In this document: positions 51,457 to 56,641 of the stretch, one piece after another | Numbering within the stretch: position 1 is the first letter of the stretch | Layout: every line of letters starts with the position of its first letter | Virus record (IMG/VR): IMGVR_UViG_3300023174_000003 | Coordinates: 1-64,000 of that record | Reading direction: 5' to 3' (one strand) | DNA: 64,000 bases | Source: a virus | Notes under the pieces: model-generated | Database searches by the model: none | Seen by the model: only the letters and a program-made list of their open reading frames with translations | What the model was told of the DNA's origin: nothing | Program-made: the position numbers and the translations under genes

Positions 51457-51485
51457 CAGGCAGTTTAACGTCATGCCTGAGGACG
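51457..51485 (-). promoter_or_regulatory. family-1 element, copy 6
   Basis: identical to copy 7 over 55 bp (51431-51485 = 52817-52871). Confidence 0.85.
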
Positions 51486-51496
51486 GGTCAGCTTAG

Positions 51497-51733
51497 TTAC
51501 AGAATCTTTATGTTGCGTTTGCTTAGGCCAGTACCAGGCAATCCAATGGATGCATGGACGCCTGACTCACGAGCATTCAGTGTGAGTTGCAATGGACCTA
51601 ACTGGAATGATTTAGAGAATGACTTGATGCCATTCTCCGTAATGTTGATACCATTCCAAGTCTTGTCAAAGTTGAACAATGATTTCTTGTGAGCCATCTT
51701 AGATACCTTCAATGCATGGGTGGATGTTGTCAT
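51497..51733 (-). CDS. DUF4236-like protein
   Basis: INITENGIKSFS.....G....N....G..ASIGLPGTGLS. Confidence 0.65.
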   Translation of the reverse strand: MTTSTHALKVSKMAHKKSLFNFDKTWNGINITENGIKSFSKSFQLGPLQLTLNARESGVHASIGLPGTGLSKRNIKIL

Positions 51734-51902
51734 CGTTCATATTTGTCATGGTAAATTTTTCACCAGTGACAGGATCAATGAAGCCTCCAACGAATCCGAT
51801 CCCATTACGGTCAGCGGATTCTTTCATTAGTGCCACAAACCTCATCGCTTCAAGACGACGTAAGCTTGTGGCATCAGGCACAGTCAGATCAGAGTTAGAC
51901 AT
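51699..51902 (-). CDS. hypothetical protein
   Basis: ORF track. Confidence 0.55.
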   Translation of the reverse strand: MSNSDLTVPDATSLRRLEAMRFVALMKESADRNGIGFVGGFIDPVTGEKFTMTNMNDDNIHPCIEGI

Positions 51903-51934
51903 TGGATGGGGAAGTTAAGGTTTGATTAATGAAC

Positions 51935-52243
51935 TTAGGATTTTACTAGATTCTGTTTGACATCCATACTAAATATCATGTCAGCATCAGTGGGATCTTC
52001 ATATCCTGTAACATCGATAGGATCAATGTCAGGAAAGCAGACCGGCTGGTCGAATTCAACATTGACTAGTACCGTCAGATGTTCCTTGGACAGGCTTACC
52101 CAATCTTCAGTCAACCAATTGATGGCATGTTGCTTGTTCACCAGATATACGGTGCGATCATGCCATACGTCATCGTTCTTGATCTTGTAATCAATGATGG
52201 CACCGAAGTGTGTACCACCGATAGGCAGTGGGGCATTAGTCAT
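51935..52243 (-). CDS. hypothetical protein
   Basis: ORF track. Confidence 0.55.
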   Translation of the reverse strand: MTNAPLPIGGTHFGAIIDYKIKNDDVWHDRTVYLVNKQHAINWLTEDWVSLSKEHLTVLVNVEFDQPVCFPDIDPIDVTGYEDPTDADMIFSMDVKQNLVKS

Positions 52244-52279
52244 TAGCTTTCGTGGTGATGGTGGACAGGGGTGAGGGGA

Positions 52280-52579
52280 CTATGCGAATGGCGTAAAGCC
52301 TGGTGCATCTATCAACTCTTGTAGTGTGCATACAGCATCTGCTGCTAGCTCACTGAACACAACCTTGTTATCAGTGACATATTCATTTGACTGATCCTCT
52401 ACTACTTCACATCCGCTATCTTCTAGCTCATCGCAGAACTCATCCCATGTCATGTGCTTGCCATAGACATGAGCGTATCTGCCCGTGGCATCTGCCACTA
52501 ATGCAACATAGTGATTCATTGTACTCATTTCAGGGGTGGTTGTACTCATTACTTGTGTAGCTCCTGGTGTTGTTGCCAA
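52280..52579 (-). CDS. acidic hypothetical protein (start uncertain)
   Basis: ORF track. Confidence 0.55.
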   Translation of the reverse strand: MATTPGATQVMSTTTPEMSTMNHYVALVADATGRYAHVYGKHMTWDEFCDELEDSGCEVVEDQSNEYVTDNKVVFSELAADAVCTLQELIDAPGFTPFA

Positions 52580-52821
52580 TGGGCAGCATGAATCTCTGCT
52601 GCTGTAACAGCGGACTCACCTCCGGTGTTGTCATAGAGATACTCAGGTGTTGGGTCATAGCCCGTCACCTCTTCTAATGCATCGATGCAGTCTGAGATAG
52701 TATCCAGCATCCACTGTGGTGCAGAATACATTTGGTCTTTGGCTTCCTCTTGTTTGAGGACAGCGTTCATCTTTTTGATCCAGCGTTCGCATGCGCACTC
52801 TGGAGTCTTGTCTAAAGTCAT
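52549..52821 (-). CDS. hypothetical protein
   Basis: start reset to the ATG after family-1 copy 7. Confidence 0.6.
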   Translation of the reverse strand: MTLDKTPECACERWIKKMNAVLKQEEAKDQMYSAPQWMLDTISDCIDALEEVTGYDPTPEYLYDNTGGESAVTAAEIHAAHWQQHQELHK

Positions 52822-52842
52822 GAGTTGAGTTGCGGTGGGACA

Positions 52843-52871
52843 CAGGCAGTTTAACGTCATGCCTGAGGACG
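52843..52871 (-). promoter_or_regulatory. family-1 element, copy 7
   Basis: CGUC-CUCAGGCAU-GACG-UUAAAC-UGCCUG. Confidence 0.85.
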
Positions 52872-52944
52872 AGCTATTAGGTTTCAGTATTTTGTGGCAT
52901 TTCAACATTTGTTGAAAGCCTATAGTAGTACTGATGTATTACCG

Positions 52945-53298
52945 TTAGATCATTCCTAAGAGTGACAGCCAGCTATCAGGGTGATCTGGTTCCACCTCAT
53001 CGTAGGTAGGTGTCAGGCAAATGGAATCAAACGTCCATTCCTCTATGTCTTCCATTGTTGGCACCTCGTACCAACCAATGAGATCATCTTGTTCATCTTT
53101 GTAGTTACGTCCTTTGGGTATCCAATAGTACATGAGTACTCCCTTCTTATTCTTACGGACAGCACCGTTATACGGCAGCTGACCTTTCAGTGGATCCTGG
53201 AAGCAGCACTCGACAGGATATTGTTCCTGTCCATCTGCTTCTGTCAATGGCTCGTAGCCTAGTGCTGTGGCCATCTGTTGCTGTTCAGGTAATAGCAT
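52945..53298 (-). CDS. conserved phage hypothetical protein
   Basis: PT.EDIEEW.FDS.C.TP..D.VEPDHPDSWL..LG.I. Confidence 0.65.
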   Translation of the reverse strand: MLLPEQQQMATALGYEPLTEADGQEQYPVECCFQDPLKGQLPYNGAVRKNKKGVLMYYWIPKGRNYKDEQDDLIGWYEVPTMEDIEEWTFDSICLTPTYDEVEPDHPDSWLSLLGMI

Positions 53299-53319
53299 GG
53301 TGTGAATGCGATTGGATGT

Positions 53320-53345
53320 CTGCGTTGTAAGGATGCGCAGCCCCC
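53320..53345 (-). promoter_or_regulatory. family-2 leader element, copy 1
   Basis: GGGGG-CUGCG-CAUCCUUACAA-CGCAG. Confidence 0.7.
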
Positions 53346-53353
53346 TGTTAATC

Positions 53354-53737
53354 TTATTTAAGTTGTTGTTTTCTGGTACGTGTACGTGGTACCTTTGCTG
53401 GTGTAGCTACCGGCTCTGGTACATCTGCAACGTACTCTAGATTCCAGTTAGCAATAGTATCTATTGCATTAATAAACTTGCCACAATACTGTGTAAAGCT
53501 TATAACAAATTCTTCGCCGTGGTCAGCTTGCCACTGACGATAGGTCTTGATGCTCCACTGGACCACAGCAATGATTACTGCTGTGATAGTTACCAGTGTC
53601 ATAACAATGTTGTAGGCGACACGTCGCCAATTAACTTTCTGTATCTGTGTCAGTGCATCATCCACTGGTGGAAAGCTGTAGGTCATGTTAGTCATGGTGA
53701 ATCTCCTGTGGGTGTGATTGTAGTTGTGTGATGTCAA
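53354..53737 (-). CDS. membrane hypothetical protein
   Basis: single TM segment. Confidence 0.55.
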   Translation of the reverse strand: MTSHNYNHTHRRFTMTNMTYSFPPVDDALTQIQKVNWRRVAYNIVMTLVTITAVIIAVVQWSIKTYRQWQADHGEEFVISFTQYCGKFINAIDTIANWNLEYVADVPEPVATPAKVPRTRTRKQQLK

Positions 53738-53924
53738 TACCTGCGGCTGCCATTACGACAGTTGCAATAATAAATGTCATCAACACAAAGGTTGTGGCAT
53801 CTAATACTTTGCCGAGCATTTTTGAGCTCAATACTTTTCTAAGCATTTTTAAGTGCATGATAGATTTGCGTTGGTACGAATCAAGTTCAACGTAACGGCC
53901 TACAATTTTATGGTAGTTCTTCAT
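53688..53924 (-). CDS. membrane hypothetical protein
   Basis: single TM segment. Confidence 0.5.
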   Translation of the reverse strand: MKNYHKIVGRYVELDSYQRKSIMHLKMLRKVLSSKMLGKVLDATTFVLMTFIIATVVMAAAGIDITQLQSHPQEIHHD

Positions 53925-54118
53925 TACATTCCATATAGTATGTCACTGTCTTCGTCCTCGTTAATAAGCTCAAATTGAGACCACAAACGATAAGTTTCTA
54001 TAGTGTTTGCAATGCCGTGGGTGTGGCTTGCATATTTTCGTGCTTCATTTATATCGTTAAAACATGTATCAATGTTCTTGTCAACAGGGTGATACACAAT
54101 GTGAACGTAGTTAGCCAT
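53924..54118 (-). CDS. hypothetical protein
   Basis: follows family-2 copy 2. Confidence 0.55.
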   Translation of the reverse strand: MANYVHIVYHPVDKNIDTCFNDINEARKYASHTHGIANTIETYRLWSQFELINEDEDSDILYGM

Positions 54119-54145
54119 TAGATTCTCCGTTGTAGTTGTGAATGC

Positions 54146-54171
54146 CTGCGTTGTTAGGATGCGCAGCCCCC
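54146..54171 (-). promoter_or_regulatory. family-2 element, copy 2
   Basis: GGGGG-CUGCG-CAUCCUAACAA-CGCAG. Confidence 0.7.
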
Positions 54172-54188
54172 TCGTGTTAGATTAACTT

Positions 54189-54490
54189 GGGGTGAAGAAG
54201 AACCGTGTCAGCCCCTTCATACAAGGGAACCAGGATTTTTACGGTCTCTCCTGGTTGGTAACAGACGAGCTGTGCCACTGATCATGGGGCAGCTCCTCCC
54301 TTATCTTAATTCTTGCAGACATGTATAGGGTCAGGACGCAATAGTCCTTCAGCTCGTGCGGCGGGCGCCCTATGCCTGCTACAACTTTAGGTTCATCACG
54401 CCTAAAGAAGTTTGTTGGAACTCTTCTGAGTTCCTAGACGAGTCAACTCCTGGCCAGGAGGGTCAGCTGAACCCTCCAAAGCATAGCAGG
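54189..54490 (+). ncRNA. candidate structured ncRNA (about 300 nt)
   Basis: ORF-free; at least 7 consecutive stems; wobble pairs are G-U on the plus strand. Confidence 0.55.
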
Positions 54491-54495
54491 TTTAA

Positions 54496-54750
54496 CTAAT
54501 CTTCGATGCCATACTCCTGCTCATATTTAAGCAAGAGTGCGTTTCGGTCAACACACTTCTTGAGGAATTGTGCCAATGGATGCAAAGCATCCCACTCTAA
54601 TGCACCGTCTTGCCACTGGAAGTACATCTCCAGTAGCTCGGTACGTTTCTGTTCAATAGACCAATCAACACAAGGGTGTTGAACAGTCGAGTCTCGCCTG
54701 GCAAGCAGACGTGCATCTTTTATGATGCGTTCAACCGTAGCACTGGTCAT
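54496..54750 (-). CDS. hypothetical protein
   Basis: start reset to the ATG after the leader structure. Confidence 0.6.
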   Translation of the reverse strand: MTSATVERIIKDARLLARRDSTVQHPCVDWSIEQKRTELLEMYFQWQDGALEWDALHPLAQFLKKCVDRNALLLKYEQEYGIED

Positions 54751-54755
54751 GATTG

Positions 54756-54831
54756 TGAGTAAGCCACACTCAGTGTGTGGCAATAACTGGACCAGGGTTT
54801 GCACCTGGTCACCCGCTTTAACGGATCAGCT
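54756..54831 (-). promoter_or_regulatory. T-loop three-way junction (54785-54831) plus pseudoknot-like unit (54756-54784)
   Basis: AGCUG-AUCCG(UUAAAG)CGGGU-GACCAGG(UGCAAAC)CCUGGUC-CAGUU then AUUGCCACAC-AC-UGAG-UGUGGC-UUA-CUCA. Confidence 0.7.
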
Positions 54832-54987
54832 TGCTTGACGCATCTCCACTAATAGCTCAACCAGTATCTGGTTGTAACTTTTACTAGATTCTTTGGAGTG
54901 ATATTCTGCTATCACTTGTGCATCATCTAACTCTTTGTTGCTGAAGGTGCCCATAAACTTGAACAGTTGTTCGTAAGTAAGTGTCAT
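54826..54987 (-). CDS. 53-aa hypothetical protein (below cutoff)
   Basis: MTLTYEQLFKFMG...EMRQAS*; its stop lies in the junction stem. Confidence 0.55.
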   Translation of the reverse strand: MTLTYEQLFKFMGTFSNKELDDAQVIAEYHSKESSKSYNQILVELLVEMRQAS

Positions 54988-54996
54988 TAAATTGAT

Positions 54997-55077
54997 GCTG
55001 TGCAGGTGCCCATCTCCTGCGGACTAGGCAATACTGAGTAGGGGATTCGATCCCCCGGCATCACGCCTGGTACTCAG
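54997..55077 (-). promoter_or_regulatory. tRNA-like junction (55034-55077) plus family-3 unit (54997-55032)
   Basis: CUGAGUA..GGC(GUGAU)GCC.GGGG(AUCGAAU)CCCC-UACUCAG then AUUGCCUAGUCCGCAGGAGAUGGGCACCUGC. Confidence 0.7.
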
Positions 55078-55244
55078 AACGGAATCTCATCAAACGACTC
55101 CACACATGAATCAGTAGCTGGATCATCAATGACCCAGCCTTCTTCCTCTGCTTCTGCTTCTAACACCCATTGAGGTGTGTTATTTGCTAACCAGATATCA
55201 TGAAGGAGTTGTTCTTGATGAATGTTGCTAGGTTGAATACGCAT
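55074..55244 (-). CDS. 56-aa acidic protein ending FDEIPF (below cutoff)
   Basis: MRIQPSNIHQEQLLHDIWL...DSCVESFDEIPF*. Confidence 0.6.
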   Translation of the reverse strand: MRIQPSNIHQEQLLHDIWLANNTPQWVLEAEAEEEGWVIDDPATDSCVESFDEIPF

Positions 55245-55254
55245 TTAACTGTGA

Positions 55255-55336
55255 GCTGTGCAGGTGCCCATCTCCTGCGGACTAGGCAATGACTGTGGGA
55301 GGGTTTGCACCTCCCAACCCGCTTTAACGGATCAGC
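55255..55336 (-). promoter_or_regulatory. T-loop junction (55292-55336) plus family-3 unit (55255-55290)
   Basis: GCUG-AUCCG(UUAAAG)CGGGU-UGGGAGG(UGCAAAC)CCUCCCA-CAGU; 36-bp exact repeat of 54997-55032. Confidence 0.72.
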
Positions 55337-55559
55337 AACCAAGCATCTCGTCCACGTAGGACTTGATGACTTGGAGTTGGTCTCGGTTAAGTGTCTGGCT
55401 ACGGCCATACTCCAAAAGGTCAAGGACCTGGAGCATGACGCTTTCGCCAGCCTCTTCACGAGACGGTACGCCACACATGTCGAAGATCTCATTACGAGAC
55501 ATCTCAGTGATGTCAACGCAATCGATCTTACGAACGGTGGCGATGGTGGTCTTAGTCAC
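55332..55559 (-). CDS. hypothetical protein
   Basis: ORF track; its stop lies in the junction stem. Confidence 0.6.
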   Translation of the reverse strand: MTKTTIATVRKIDCVDITEMSRNEIFDMCGVPSREEAGESVMLQVLDLLEYGRSQTLNRDQLQVIKSYVDEMLGC

Positions 55560-55579
55560 GGTGTTACTCCGTAGGTGAG

Positions 55580-55613
55580 CTTGGACTTACACTGCTGAAG
55601 TGCAGCTGCCAAG
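55580..55613 (-). promoter_or_regulatory. family-5 element, copy 3
   Basis: CUUGG-CA-GCUGC..GCAGU-GUAAGU-CCAAG. Confidence 0.7.
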
Positions 55614-55638
55614 ATCGTGACTGACCACCGAGTTGTCT

Positions 55639-55663
55639 GCTGCGTTTAACGTCCAGCTCGACG
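55639..55663 (-). promoter_or_regulatory. family-1 element, divergent copy 8
   Basis: CGUC-GAGCUG-GACG-UUAAACG-CAGC. Confidence 0.65.
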
Positions 55664-55814
55664 CCTAATCTATTGGTGAATCTAGAACCTAACTCTCGTA
55701 CATGAACGAAAGCTACCGATTCTAGCACCACCTAACCTAGGATGATACGTATTCGTATTATAAATGTTACAATACGTGTTAATATCACCACAGGTTAGTG
55801 GTGTGTGGCAACAG

Positions 55815-56084
55815 TCAGTTAACTTGCTTAGCACTGGCAATCGCTTTGCCATTCTTCACAAGTACTGATAACTTATACTCAGGCGAGCAGCTATCTTCTA
55901 GGCAATCACTTGGGTCGTAACACTCAACTGCAATTGCATTGTGGAGATCCACAAGCCATTGCTTAACGTTCGTATCAAACTGACCCAAGACTTCAAGGTG
56001 AATGCTCACCTTCTTGCCTCTCATCAGATACTCTGCTGCCTGGTCGCAACGAGCAAAATACACTTCAGCTTGTGATAGTTGCAT
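55815..56084 (-). CDS. hypothetical protein (first gene of the early block)
   Basis: follows family-2 copy 3. Confidence 0.6.
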   Translation of the reverse strand: MQLSQAEVYFARCDQAAEYLMRGKKVSIHLEVLGQFDTNVKQWLVDLHNAIAVECYDPSDCLEDSCSPEYKLSVLVKNGKAIASAKQVN

Positions 56085-56108
56085 GATTTGAATGCGAGTG
56101 TGTACAAC

Positions 56109-56133
56109 CTGCGTTGCAAGGATGCGCAGCCCC
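56109..56133 (-). promoter_or_regulatory. family-2 element, copy 3
   Basis: GGGG-CUGCG-CAUCCUUGCAA-CGCAG. Confidence 0.7.
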
Positions 56134-56143
56134 CTATATATAC

Positions 56144-56168
56144 GAACTACCCCGTAGTTCTTTTTTTT
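56144..56168 (+). terminator. terminator-like hairpin
   Basis: GAACTAC-CCC-GTAGTTC followed by T8. Confidence 0.55.
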
Positions 56169-56287
56169 CTCCCCACATTCTGTTACTTGTGGGTGGTAGG
56201 AGAACAGTCAGAAAATTTGCACCCCAATTAAAGATTGTATAGGGTGTTTTTGTATGTAAAATCCCTACTTAGCCCAAAAATTTAGAC

Positions 56288-56317
56288 AAAAAAGCCGGGT
56301 TTAATCCCGGTGTTTTT
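56288..56317. terminator. possible bidirectional terminator after 56338..56550
   Basis: A-run, CCGGG-TTTAAT-CCCGG, T-run. Confidence 0.55.
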
Positions 56318-56337
56318 GTAAATTTTAAAAATATTTA

Positions 56338-56550
56338 TTATTGATTTTTACTTTGCTTATATTTTAGTGTTGCATTCATAGCTTTGTTGAATGCCTCTTG
56401 ATCTGGCAGCTCGTAAGCTAGGTGTTTCTTGGATTCTGTTACAAAATCACGTACCTCTAGAGAGTCATGACCTTTTTTAGCCATTTCTACAGCTTTATTT
56501 TTTATTGCCTCTAGTCCTTCTACTCTTTTTTGCCGTGTTCCAGCGTCCAT
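56338..56550 (-). CDS. hypothetical protein
   Basis: ORF track. Confidence 0.6.
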   Translation of the reverse strand: MDAGTRQKRVEGLEAIKNKAVEMAKKGHDSLEVRDFVTESKKHLAYELPDQEAFNKAMNATLKYKQSKNQ

Positions 56551-56641
56551 TTATAGGTAAAATTAGTTTCCTTCTTTTACTATAACCTAGATTAATCAAC
56601 ATTAGAATATTTACAGAACAAAATTAAGACAATAAACTCTA

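Noticed and set aside
55034-55077. tRNA gene
   Set aside because: Only 44 nt, with no anticodon arm and no CCA; kept as a tRNA-like element
36837-55663. Family-1 repeats as a CRISPR array
   Set aside because: Copies are 0.7-7 kb apart and separated by whole genes; no regular spacers and no cas operon
36837-55663. Family-1 repeats as integron attC sites (they contain GTTAAAC = GTTRRRY)
   Set aside because: Too short, no consistent inverse core RYYYAAC, one copy reads GCTAAAC, and no intact integron integrase
55755-55771. NtcA site
   Set aside because: Spacing is GTA-N10-TAC, not N8
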